Below are positions 52,125 to 62,829 of a stretch of DNA of 64,000 nucleotides, in pieces. Below the pieces are notes generated by a model. It worked only from the letters and a program-made list of their open reading frames with translations, made no database searches and was not told where the DNA came from. The position numbers and the translations under genes are program-made. Origin of the DNA: an uncultured Rivularia sp. Its GTDB lineage: Bacteria > Cyanobacteriota > Cyanobacteriia > Cyanobacteriales > Nostocaceae. Each line of letters opens with the position of its first letter. Positions within the stretch are counted from its first letter, which is position 1. The stretch lies in assembly GCA_963665115.1 (NCBI GenBank), contig OY762007.1, positions 5,568,001 to 5,632,000 on the forward strand. Reading direction: 5' to 3'.

Positions 52125-52357
52125 TTGGTTGTTAGTTGTTAGTTGTTAGTTGTTGGTTGTTAGTTGTTAGTTGTTGGGCATTGGGCATTGGGCATTGGGC
52201 ATGGTAGGTAGTTAGCAGTTAGGAATTAGTAGTGGGAGCATCTTGCTCCCTAAATATTTCCTTGTCACCTTATCCCCTTGTCTCCCCCTCTCCCCCTCTC
52301 CCCCTCTCCCCCTCTCCCCCTCTCCCCTCTTCCCCCTCTCCCCCCTCTCCCCCATCC
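52125..52357. repeat. STRR arrays (TTGTTAG, TTGGGCA, CCCCTCTC) with an embedded REP-like palindrome
   Basis: Directly visible tandem units. Confidence 0.85.
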
Positions 52358-52358
52358 C

Positions 52359-52553
52359 TCATTCCTCTAAATACCGCATCGCTTCGTCATAAGTTAAGAA
52401 ATCCCACGGTTGCTGGGAATTCTTGCTTTCCTGTATTGCTTTTTTCATCTCAAAATCACAATGTAAACTGTAGACTGTCTCCCAAGTCGTTTTTAATTCA
52501 TTTTCGTTCAATTGCTCGATTAATCTATGAATTTTGTTTCGCAGATTTTCCAT
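52359..52553 (-). CDS. Small putative antitoxin
   Basis: MENLRNKIHRLIEQL..LTYDEA, upstream of and co-oriented with the RelE-like gene. Confidence 0.6.
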   Translation of the reverse strand: MENLRNKIHRLIEQLNENELKTTWETVYSLHCDFEMKKAIQESKNSQQPWDFLTYDEAMRYLEE

Positions 52554-53006
52554 GATGCTTGTCTTGAGATAAAAAATTGGCAAGAAATAAAATCATTAAG
52601 AAAAATCAACAATTATTATTCTTCGTTTCTTTTAGCTTTCCCATTCAAGAAATGAGAGTTAACACTTATACCGTCATATTTTTTAGATACGGGTAATATA
52701 TTGATGATTTTATCAATCTAATCCTGGCTCCGATGAAACTTAGGAGGGGGAGTTAGGATACAGCTGTTCTTCAAGCAAGAGAGAGGTAATGGTTTGTATT
52801 TTACAAAAGTCAAAACCGTTGTATTGCTTTTAATATTGCATATCGTGGCGGATTCAAAACCTATAAAAAATCTCAACGCCGGAAAATACTGGCTTAATAG
52901 ATGATATTTGTATAAGTTCTAATCTTGTAGGAAACATATTCCTTAAGGTAGTATCCCTGAATAACAAAGTGTACTCAAAAAAATAGTTAATGGAGAATGA
53001 GATTAA

Positions 53007-54531
53007 ATGCGGAAGTCATTGTTAAAGCGTCGTTGGTTATTAACTTTATTATTATGTTTGATTCCTACCGCAGCTTTGGCTGCTGATGAAGCCGCTGGGG
53101 AACCTTTGATCAATTCGCTAGATGCTGCTTTTGCTGGATTTGCTAAAGGAGTATCTGATGTTCTCTTTTTCAGCATTGGCGGTTTTCCCCTCATTGTTTT
53201 ATGGTTAATTTTCGGGGCCGTTTTCTTTACCATCCGCATGTGGTTTGTCAATTTCCGGCTGTTTGGACACGCTATTGAAATTGTTCGCGGACAACATGAC
53301 GATCCGAATGCTCCAGGAGAAGTTTCTCATTTCCAAGCTTTGGCTACTGCTTTGTCTGCAACTGTCGGACTTGGTAATATTGCTGGGGTGGCGATCGCTA
53401 TTAGCGTAGGTGGCCCCCGGTGCAACTTTGTGGATGACTCTTGGTGGTTTACTGGGTATGTCCAGTAAGTTTGTTGAATGTACCCTGGGTCAAAAATATC
53501 GCATCATTAAGCCCGATGGTAGAGTTGCGGGCGGCCCAATGTATTATCTTTCTAGAGGATTGGCAGAAATTAATTTTTTAGGACAAATTAATTTAGCACC
53601 ATTTGGTAAAGTTTTAGCAATTCTCTTTTCTATTTGCACCGTCTTCGCTGCTTTTGGTGCTGCAAACATGATTCAAGTCAACCAATCCTATGGTGCAGTT
53701 AAAGAAATATTTCCAATATATCCTTGGGTTTACGGTTTAATTCTGGCTACTTTGGTAGGTTTGGTAATTATTGGCGGTATCCACCGTATCGGTCAAGTTG
53801 CAGGCACCATAGTACCAGTAATGTGCGTGCTTTATGTAGTTGCTGCATTATGGATTCTCTTAGTTAACTTTACTGCGATTCCCAGCGCTATTGGGACTAT
53901 TTTCCAACAAGCCTTTTCCCCTGAAGCTGTGGAAGGAGGAATTATCGGTGTAATTGTTCAAGGTTTTAGACGTTCCACCTTTTCCAACGAAGCCGGAGTT
54001 GGTTCGGCTGCCATTGCTCACTCCGCAGCAAGAACAGATCGCCCAATCAAAGAAGGCTTAGTCGGACTTTTGGAACCATTCATCGATACAGTAGTTATTT
54101 GTAATATGACTGCTTTGGTAATCGTAATTACTGGCGTTTATAATAATCCCGAATTTGAAGCAATAAGAAAAGCTGGCGAAGGTGCAACCTTAACTTCCAA
54201 AGCATTTGGTACCGTAATCGGATGGTTTCCCGTATTACTTTCAATCTCCGTATTTTTATTTGCTTTCTCCACCATGATTTCCTGGAGTTACTATGCAGAG
54301 AGAGCTTGGGAATATCTCTTCAGCGAGCGTAGTGTGATTGTATACAGAATATTATTTGTGCTTGCTACATTCATCGGTGCGATCGCCAAGCCACAATCGG
54401 TAATTGATTTCGGTGACGCTACCTTCTTTGCAATGGCTTTCTTCAACCTGTTAGGAATGTATTTCCTCAGCAACAAGGTGGCAAAAGATTTGAACGATTA
54501 CCAACGCTATCTCAAGCAACCAAAATTATAA
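53007..54531 (+). CDS. Alanine/glycine:cation symporter (AGCS family); frameshift in the C5 run at 53414-53418
   Basis: SHFQALATALSATVGLGNIAGVA..GG|PGATLWM, GGPMYY, FSNEAGVGSA. Confidence 0.93.
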
Positions 54532-54633
54532 AACAACGACTTGCATTTATAACAAAAAACCTTGTAGAGACGTAGCACTGCTACGTCTCTCTTATTTAAT
54601 TGTTTAGTTTTTTCCGATCCCCATTCCCCATTA

Positions 54634-54996
54634 TCAACGTCTGCCAAGATCAACAAACGGCATATTATTTACATTCTCATATCTCAATTCTTCAATTTGA
54701 GCATCTTTATCGGATATTGCTTTTTTAATAGATGATAATTTCTTCTCTAACAACTCTACTTTACTTGCAGATTTGCTATATCCAATTACTGCAATACTTG
54801 CCACACCAAGAGTTAAACCTAATGCTACCCCCATTCGGGGAGAAACAATATCTCTAATTTCCCCGTAAAACAAGTTTTGATTATCTACTTGTACTTCTAT
54901 GCGTTCGGAACCGTATTCAGCTAAAAACGTGGCAAAGCCAACAAAAATCATCCCTGAAATTGCAACGGTTGGTAGTACTATTTTCTTAAACATCAT
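54634..54996 (-). CDS. Hypothetical membrane protein with C-terminal coiled coil
   Basis: Two TM segments followed by a heptad-like tail. Confidence 0.65.
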   Translation of the reverse strand: MMFKKIVLPTVAISGMIFVGFATFLAEYGSERIEVQVDNQNLFYGEIRDIVSPRMGVALGLTLGVASIAVIGYSKSASKVELLEKKLSSIKKAISDKDAQIEELRYENVNNMPFVDLGRR

Positions 54997-55531
54997 CTTT
55001 ACCTGTAACTTAAATCGCTTATTAATAACAACTTAATAAGTATATGAATATATTTTCATGTAATTTTGATGAAATCCTCACTTGTATTTATATCGCTTTT
55101 ATAAAATCATCATTCCTTGACGATACAAATACCTAACCTTCACAAGTACTTGAGATTAATGCCGTAATAATTTTTATACAAACTTATACAAACTTAATAC
55201 AATAATTTATTGCTTTAGTTTAACAAGCGTCTAACTAGCTTCATCAAAACCAGGATTACTTTGGCGCTTGTTAATAACTAGTAGTCCATAAATATGGATG
55301 AAACCGCTCAGAAGTGATGAGCCAATATAAAATTATAAATCTTTTCCCAAATTTCTACTCCCAACTCCCACTAATTTTAGTTGTTCAAGTACAAAACTGA
55401 CTTATAAAGAAACGATTAAATAATTGAGAGAATGGGAGTCAGTAGTTAATGTACTTTGTCCCTTGTCTCCTAGCTATTTTAAAGTCTCCTTACAATGCAA
55501 GCCTGCATCAACTAAAGTGTATTTGCAAGAT

Positions 55532-56113
55532 TCAGCTTCTCCAATACATTCCATTCTCTTCCTGCATCAACCGACTATCTATCAATGCTTTTCGCAGAGT
55601 CTCAGAATCTGGATAATAACCTTTAAGAATTTCATCGAGCTTATCCTGCGGATATTCTGCTCCTAATTCAAATTTTTCGATTACCCACTTAAGAATCGTT
55701 AAGCGTTTCTTACTACTATTAGGAATTTCTCTAAGGTATTGCCCGGATTTAGAATTACGAAAATCTCCTTCTATGTAAGTATTCAATACTTTCGTTTCCC
55801 AAGATTGAAGATTAACATCATCAGCTAAAGAAGCGATTTTTTCTGGATAGAATGCTTCCTTACTCACATTTTGCAAAACACTTTTGTCTAATTGATAAAA
55901 ATGAGTATTGCCTTCAGGACGCATTCTTACCAACTCAAGCTGCTTTAACTTCGTTAAGTGATGAGATATTGTCGGTTCCTTTAATTCCAATAACACTGCT
56001 AATTCTTCTACACTGCACTCCTGATTCGCTAGAATACCAATTATTTTTAGCCTACTTTCATCTGCTAACGCTTTAAAAAAACGCAGCAGATTTTGCAATT
56101 TCTCATTTTTCAT
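55532..56113 (-). CDS. ArsR/SmtB regulator fused to DUF2087-like domain
   Basis: FKALADESRLKI..EPTISHHL; IP....KRL.IL..F..G..Y....D..TLR..L. Confidence 0.9.
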   Translation of the reverse strand: MKNEKLQNLLRFFKALADESRLKIIGILANQECSVEELAVLLELKEPTISHHLTKLKQLELVRMRPEGNTHFYQLDKSVLQNVSKEAFYPEKIASLADDVNLQSWETKVLNTYIEGDFRNSKSGQYLREIPNSSKKRLTILKWVIEKFELGAEYPQDKLDEILKGYYPDSETLRKALIDSRLMQEENGMYWRS

Positions 56114-56130
56114 TTTGTGGGATAATTTTT

Positions 56131-56146
56131 TTAGACACCTATCTAA
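56131..56146. promoter_or_regulatory. Candidate ArsR autoregulatory operator
   Basis: TTAGA-N6-TCTAA inverted repeat about 18 bp upstream of the start codon. Confidence 0.5.
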
Positions 56147-57102
56147 TTAGAGGCAAATAGAATTGAACTGCTGCTTAAAAGAAAGTAGCAAAAACAATGT
56201 TGTTAATTTACTTTTAACACAAAACAATTTTAGATTTGTTTGTGTAAAAAAAAAAGAAATTTCTCTGATTTTTTTACATTTAGCTGATTTTGATGAGAAA
56301 AAGCATTGTATAAAGAATATTCATAGAAAGCTGATTATAGTCAAGCCAATAATTCTAATAAGAGCAGAAAATCTGTTTTCTATACTTGAGAAAACTTGCT
56401 CTCTATAACATCGGTCAAATTAGAAGTTTGCCTTGATTGAAAGTCACTTCCTAAGATGTCGCGCAATTAATTATCCAATGACGATTAAATCGGCAACCTT
56501 AATAAGTACCTTAGCTATAAGAAATTTTAAATTTAGTTAGAAGTAATTAAAAAATACGTATTTAAAATCGGTTGGTAAGACCAAATATTATCGAGCAGCC
56601 CTACACGGTGAATTTTTAGCGGAACGCACAAATTGATTAAACATTGTTAACAATTTTGACATCTTTACTCTCACTTAGATATCCCTCTAAAAGGGTATTA
56701 AGTACTTTATAACTACTCCTTTAGGAATAAATTTTTCAAATTTGGTACTTATGTATATTAAACGGAAAAAGGTCATTTATGGCGTTTTAATATTTACAAG
56801 TACTTTTATTAAGATAACTATGCATTAATTAAGATTGTTTAACATTTATTAATAGTCTTAAAACGCTTATACAAAGCATATTTTCAGGTCTGAAACATAT
56901 TTTTATATCTAAAGTGTTAGGCTTTGTTGACAAATTTCTGTTTAACTTGTCATGAAAATAATATGTTATGGAAAATTAGAAACCAATTAACTAATCTATA
57001 AGAATATGCGAGCATACACTCTCGCTTCAATTGCACAGGAATTAGGGCACAAAAAAATATCCGCAGCTATAGAAGCTACGGCTTACCAAGCCCTTCGGGC
57101 TA

Positions 57103-57265
57103 AAGTAATGAGTAATAAGTAATGAGTAAAAGCCCTGATTGAAGTATAAAGCCTCTCCAATGCCGGTCTAAAGTGTAAAAACCTTGGACAATATTTGAAT
57201 CCTCTGACTTAGCCTTACTAGGTATTACTCATTACTCACTACTCACTACTCACTACTCATTACTC
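57103..57265. repeat. (AGTAATG)n, unique core, (CACTACT)n element
   Basis: Complementary heptamer arrays flanking a non-repetitive spacer. Confidence 0.7.
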
Positions 57266-57350
57266 GTGAAGTGTAGAGATTAAGCTATTTCTACGTAAGT
57301 CCGGTAACGTTCATATATGCGTCATAAATGGATCTGAAAATAGATCGAAC

Positions 57351-60345
57351 TTATTCAGGTACGGGTAGTTGCGGTTGTACTTCCGGAGTAAATACGGGGG
57401 TTGTAATTTCATCTGCATCGAAAATTTCCTCTAGAGCATCTTCTAAAGTGTTTCTCATGACAATTTCGTTATCGTAAGCAACAATCACCCTAACTAAAGT
57501 CGGTAAACTGTTTTCTTCTGCTTCTAGATATATGGGTTCGACATAAAGAAGCGATTGTTCGATAGGTATTACCAATAAATTTCCTTGAACTACTCTAGAA
57601 CCTTCACGATTCCATAAGGTGATTTGTTCGGAAATCTCTGGCTTTTGGTTAATCAAAGCTTCTATTTGTTGAATACCGTAAACCAATTCCTGTTTGGGGA
57701 ATTCGTAAAGCACTAATTTTCCATATTGTTGCCCATCTGAACGAGCTGCTAACCAAGCGATTAAGTTTCTTCGCTGGGTAGGAGTAAAAGGACGTAATAA
57801 AATAAATTCTTCTGATTGAGCAGTAGGCAATTTTGTAATTAGGTAGTAAGGATCTACCTGTTGCTGTTCGGTACCGTAAATTTCCGTAGGAATCTGCCAC
57901 AAATCTTCTCGGTTGTAGAACACCTGGGGATCTGTCATATGATAAGCCAGCAAGCGTTCCGACTGAACGCCGAAATAGTCTAATGGGTAGCGGATATGAC
58001 TGCGAAGAGTTACGGGTAAATCCGATAGAGGTTTGAACATGGATGGGAAAATTTTCCCTAATGTATCAATGATCGGATCTGTTGGATCGGCGATATAAAA
58101 GCTCACGTCACCGTTATAAGCATCAACAACAATTTTGACTGAGTTGCGAATGTAATTAAATTTATTTTCACCTGGATCGGAATAAGGATAGCGGTTGCTA
58201 GTTGTATAAGCGTCAATTATCCAATACAAATATGTTGGTTTATCGTCGATAGTTGTTCCTTTTCCATCGGCTGCAACTAAATAAGGATCGCGATCGAAAC
58301 GTAAAAAAGGAGCGATTGTTTTTATCCTTTCTTTTATATTGCGGCGGAAAATTACTTTAGTATCTGGGGTAAAGTTGCGGGTTAGCAACATCTGCCAATC
58401 TTTAAGATACTCGGCAAACATTAAGCGTCTAAAAGGTGAGCCGATGGGAATTCCACCTTGTCCATCGTAAACGTTAAATTCGTTTTCATTTCCGCTGGGA
58501 TAATCGAATTCTTGAGTTCTTGTCCCCGTCATTACATAGGTATTCGCGATTTCTCCAAAATAAATTCGCGGATTTGCAACGGGAATACTTGCTCGAATTT
58601 CTGGATTCGATATTGATAAAGAACCTTGATCTCCGGAATTTTCTACGCCAATATCTTTAATATAGTAATAAGGTAGTCCGCCAGGGGCAACTTGGTTTAC
58701 GGGGCTGAGGGTAAAACCATAGCCATGCGTATAAACTAAATGTTTGTTTACCCAAGTTTTTGCTGCATCGGGAACATCATTATAGTCAAGCTCTCTAGCT
58801 GCGATGATAGTTTGCTGTTTAAAAGAAGCATTCGATTTGAGACTGCGTTTGAGAGTATAACGGTCAATATCTGCATCTGGAAACTTATAATAGGGTCGAA
58901 TTTGCTGTAATTGACGGTTACTTTGTAAAAGCGGGACGTACATCCCACAAACGAATATTTCCCACAGTTAGGTCATTTTCTCGTAAGTCAGAAGCCGTAA
59001 GATTATTTTGAGGATTAAAAGTACTTGCATCGATACTGTCTAAATTAAATGCTTTGCGGGTAAGCTCGATTGTACGCTCTATATAAGGTCTTTCGCGGGT
59101 GATTTCATTGGGCTGTACGACTAATTTTTGCACCACTGTAGGTAGAAAACCTACAGCAACAGTTGCCATTACCAGGAAGAATGCCGATACATAAACTAAT
59201 TGACGCGGATAAGGAGAGCGTTTTATGCTTTCGTTTTTTCTTTTGTATAAATCTAAAGTTCGCACTAGTAAATAAGCTGCAATACCTATAGCTAAAAAAC
59301 TTAAGCTGGTATAAATAGGTAGCAATACTTTTACATCTGTATAGCTAGCACCGTAGTTTACTCCTAATACCGAATACAAAAGCTGATACCGTAACAGCCA
59401 ATAACGTAAAGCGATAGCCAACATTGTCAAGCAACCTAAAGCATCGAGATGAAGTCGCTGCTTTACGGTAAAACCGGGAAACTTTCCTTCACTCAAACTG
59501 TTAGCCGAACGTAAATAAGTCAACGCTACCGCAGCTATACCCAACCCAAATAATCCTAACAGCCAAAATTGTAATAGTTCCCAAATCGGTAACGAAAAAA
59601 CGTAAAAGCTAATATCGCGATTAAATAAAGGTTCCTTATTATCAAAGCTAGTAGCGCGGAAATATTCTAAGACATTTATCCAGCGTGCCGATATCAAGAA
59701 ACCTAAAAGCAAGCTTACAAATACTGCGATCGCCTTTAACCAAAATTCGTAGCTAACAAAAATTGCCGCAGTCACAGCCGTGAGTACAATTAGTTGCAAA
59801 ATCGAAACAACAAATTGCCGCAACCCGATTACATTCAAGATTAACTGCAACCAAAATGGAAATGGCAGCGCTTCGGAGGGTAATTTTATGTCGGGATACC
59901 AGACATTTAAAGTTTGCTGACTGTAAAAAAGTACTATGGTAGCTACTAAAACAGTCAATCCTAAAATCGTCGGTAAAAGCCAGCGCAACCTAAATCCATA
60001 ACGGTACCCAGGAGTTACTGGTTTATCGATAAAAGTAGGAGAAGGGAAAAAACTTCTTGCTTTTCCGCTTACCTGTTGATTTATGTAACCTGCTTTCGGG
60101 TGCTGAAACTTAAGCGCTATAGTCAAATTACCAAGCAAAAAACAGATGGAAGTAAAAAAGGCGATCGCCCACAACCCAAACTGTGTCACCAAGCGCAATA
60201 TAAACTCTGATAAATAGCCAACTTTATCAAACCAAAGAAATTCTGCTCCCAAACGAGAGACTAAATCAAAAATTAACCATAAACCCAACAAAATGGGAAT
60301 TATTCGATAATTTTTTTTAGAAAAAACATTAACTATTTGCATCAC
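57351..60345 (-). CDS. UPF0182 membrane protein, split by a frameshift at 58933-58935
   Basis: [60 protein letters not shown]. Confidence 0.93.
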
Positions 60346-60587
60346 TCAAGGTTAATTTATTATTAATCACTATTGATCGGAATTTGTGGCTCATCGCTCT
60401 TGAGAATTACCACTTTTAACGGTTAAAACGATGAAAAGTTTCTTCATTAATTTCAAATAGTAATTAGACTCTATATTTTTGGAATTTTACACCATTTTTA
60501 TGAGTTTAATTACTCAAATTGAGTCAGGAATCAAGAAACTAGATACCGAAAATTTGTGTGGTTAGTAATTTGATGAGGAGTGAAAAA

Positions 60588-60794
60588 ATGCGTTCTAAAA
60601 TGGTTGCTTTGTTTTTAGTTCTGGGTTTAGCTGTAAGCGTTACTGCTTGTGGTGGTTCCGAGACAGAAACTGGTGAAGATTCCACACCATTAACCGAGGA
60701 AACTGTAGATACAGAAGCTGCTGAAACCGAATCAGGTCAAGATATCCCAGAAGAAATTCAAGAAACCGAAGCAACAGAAGAAAAAGCTAATTAA
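60588..60794 (+). CDS. Small Glu/Thr-rich lipoprotein
   Basis: GAGGAG RBS; MRSKMVALFLVLGLAVSVTAC lipobox. Confidence 0.8.
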   Translation: MRSKMVALFLVLGLAVSVTACGGSETETGEDSTPLTEETVDTEAAETESGQDIPEEIQETEATEEKAN

Positions 60795-61211
60795 CAATAA
60801 TTTAATTTCTTCTCATGCATGAGAATTTAGGTTAAATATCTGTGGAAGGCTTATACATTATTTATCTCATAGCTACAATATCCGGGCAAGAGAAACGATT
60901 GGCTGCTTAATCGTCTATTTTTTCTTACCTGGATTATTTCTATTCTGACTTTTTATTAATTACTGGAAAAGCAACTATATAAAAATTAATAACTATACAT
61001 TCTCCTCAATATATCAATTAACAATCAACAACGATTCGATATCATATATCATTAACCTGCGCCGTAAGAATATTACCGATTTAAGAGAATAGGGAGTAGT
61101 GAGTGCAAAATATAGATAAATATTCCCTATGGAAATTATCAATTAAAGCTTTGTATATAATAATCTTTCCTATTAAAACAAGTAGCTTAATTGAAATTCA
61201 ATAAATGTTTA

Positions 61212-61226
61212 TATGAATAATTCTCA
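61212..61226. promoter_or_regulatory. Possible Fur box
   Basis: TATGAAT-A-ATTCTCA, an imperfect 7-1-7 match, upstream of the lipoprotein/piuC genes; AT-rich background weakens it. Confidence 0.4.
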
Positions 61227-61552
61227 ATAAACTTCTACTTCTACTTAAAAATCATCCGCTCCATTGCACTATCTTAAAAGCGCTATCGAACAATAAAAAA
61301 CTCTTAATATAATATCATACAAACGTTTGAGCCAATATAGAAAGTAAAAATTTTTAACTATGCCAAAATATATTGTAGTTTAAACTTCTTGTTGCGATTA
61401 CCAATACAAGCTACAATTATTTGCAATTAGCTTCCGACTAAAGAAGCGTTACTTCTCGACTTCTCAATTCATATTGAGTAACCGTCGAGAAATGGGGTGC
61501 AAATTAGAAACAAGCAACCATTAAAGATTAATAAAGAGTGAGGAGTGTGAAA

Positions 61553-61775
61553 ATGCGTTCAAAAACAATTGCTTTATTTCTTGCATTAGGTATGGCAACC
61601 AGCATCACCGCTTGTGCCCAAGGTGAAGTCCCCCGAAGGTGGAGAAGAAGGTGGAGAAGGTAATCCCGACGTTGAAGAAATTACCCCTGCTGCACCTGGA
61701 GCTGAAGGTGGTGAAGGTGGAGAAGGTGGAGAAGGTGGAGAAGGTGGAGAAGGTGGTGAAGGTGGCGAAGGCTAA
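61553..61775 (+). CDS. Small lipoprotein with (GGE)n tail; +1 frameshift in the C5 run at 61630-61634
   Basis: GAGGAG RBS; MRSKTIALFLALGMATSITAC-AQGEVP|EGGEEGGEGNPDVEEITPAAPGAEGGEGGE...GGEG*. Absent from the ORF track. Confidence 0.8.
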
Positions 61776-61814
61776 ACTTCTATAACATCTACTTTTTTAT
61801 AGATTAACTTGCAA

Positions 61815-61860
61815 AGGGCAAGGTTAAGGTGAGAAAACCACCTGTATCTTGCCCTATTTT
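61815..61860 (+). terminator. Putative terminator or stabilising hairpin after the GGE lipoprotein
   Basis: AGGGCAAG..AGGTG..CACCT..CTTGCCCT followed by ATTTT. Confidence 0.55.
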
Positions 61861-62018
61861 AATGGGGAGATGGTGAATCCACCCCCGTGCGGAGGTTCCC
61901 TCCGTTGAGGGGAGTGGTAAACCCGAAGGGGGGAGATGGGGAGACAAGGAGACAAGGGGAATTTGAACCTTTAACCTTTAACCTTTAACCTTTAACCTTT
62001 AACCTTTAACCTTAAAAT

Positions 62019-62690
62019 ATGATTCTTACTATAGAAAATGTCCTAACTGCTGAAGAATTAGATGTAATTAGTTCAAAGCTTAAAGATGCAGAGTTTGTAG
62101 ACGGTAAGCTGACGGCGGGATGGTTTGCTAAAGAAGTTAAGAATAATACTCAACTATCTGGAAATGCTGAAGCTAGTCAGGAGTTGAGAACTATTGTAAT
62201 TAAAGCACTCAAACGTAATAGACTATTCCAAGCAGCAGTCAAACCAAAAATTATTCGTCCGATTCTTTTCAGTTGTTATCAAGCCGGTATGTACTACGGC
62301 TCTCATACTGATAACGCCATAATGGGTGGTGAAAAACCGATACGCTCTGATATTTCGTTCACCTTATTCCTTAATTCTCCTTCAAGTTACAAAGGAGGGG
62401 AATTAGTGATTGATACAAGTTTAGGAGAACAAGCTTTCAAATTAGAAGCAGGCTCAGCGATTGTATATCCTTCAACAAGCCTACATCGAGTTGAAACAGT
62501 AGAGACAGGTAAACGTTTAGCAGCAGTGAGTTGGGTACAAAGTTTCGTTCGCGAAGCATCCGAACGCGAAATTTTATTTGACTTAGATACAGCCAAGCAG
62601 ATGGTGTTTCAACAATATGGCAAAACGCCAGAATTTGACTTAATTAGCAAAACCTACGCTAATCTGCTGCGGAAATGGGCGGAAGTTTAG
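62019..62690 (+). CDS. piuC: PKHD-type Fe(II)/2-oxoglutarate dioxygenase (PiuC/YbiX)
   Basis: FVDGKLTAG..KNN.Q, YGSHTDNA, YKGGEL, YPSTSLHRV, WVQS, NLLRKWAE. Confidence 0.92.
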   Translation: MILTIENVLTAEELDVISSKLKDAEFVDGKLTAGWFAKEVKNNTQLSGNAEASQELRTIVIKALKRNRLFQAAVKPKIIRPILFSCYQAGMYYGSHTDNAIMGGEKPIRSDISFTLFLNSPSSYKGGELVIDTSLGEQAFKLEAGSAIVYPSTSLHRVETVETGKRLAAVSWVQSFVREASEREILFDLDTAKQMVFQQYGKTPEFDLISKTYANLLRKWAEV

Positions 62691-62829
62691 ACAATTATCA
62701 ATTATCAATTATCAATTATCAGTAAACATATAATTTTTAACAGTGATTGAGCTTTTATTCTAGAAACTAAATAAAAATGCTCACTGTTAACTGTTCACTG
62801 TTGACTGCTCACTGTTAATTGTTAATTGA

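Noticed and set aside
52232..52555. 107-aa Pro/Ser-rich ORF
   Set aside because: Translation of the CCCCTCTC array and antisense to the putative antitoxin.
52721..52759. Hairpin upstream of the Ala/Gly symporter as a glycine or glutamine riboswitch
   Set aside because: An 11-bp stem is present, but the conserved aptamer motifs are not and one arm resembles the GGAGTTA repeat unit.
56163..56408. 81-aa ORF
   Set aside because: TTG start, no RBS, AT-rich low-information translation; probably spurious.
1904..60168. Recurrent GCGATCGC octamer
   Set aside because: HIP1, a well-known cyanobacterial feature; useful for taxonomy but not novel.
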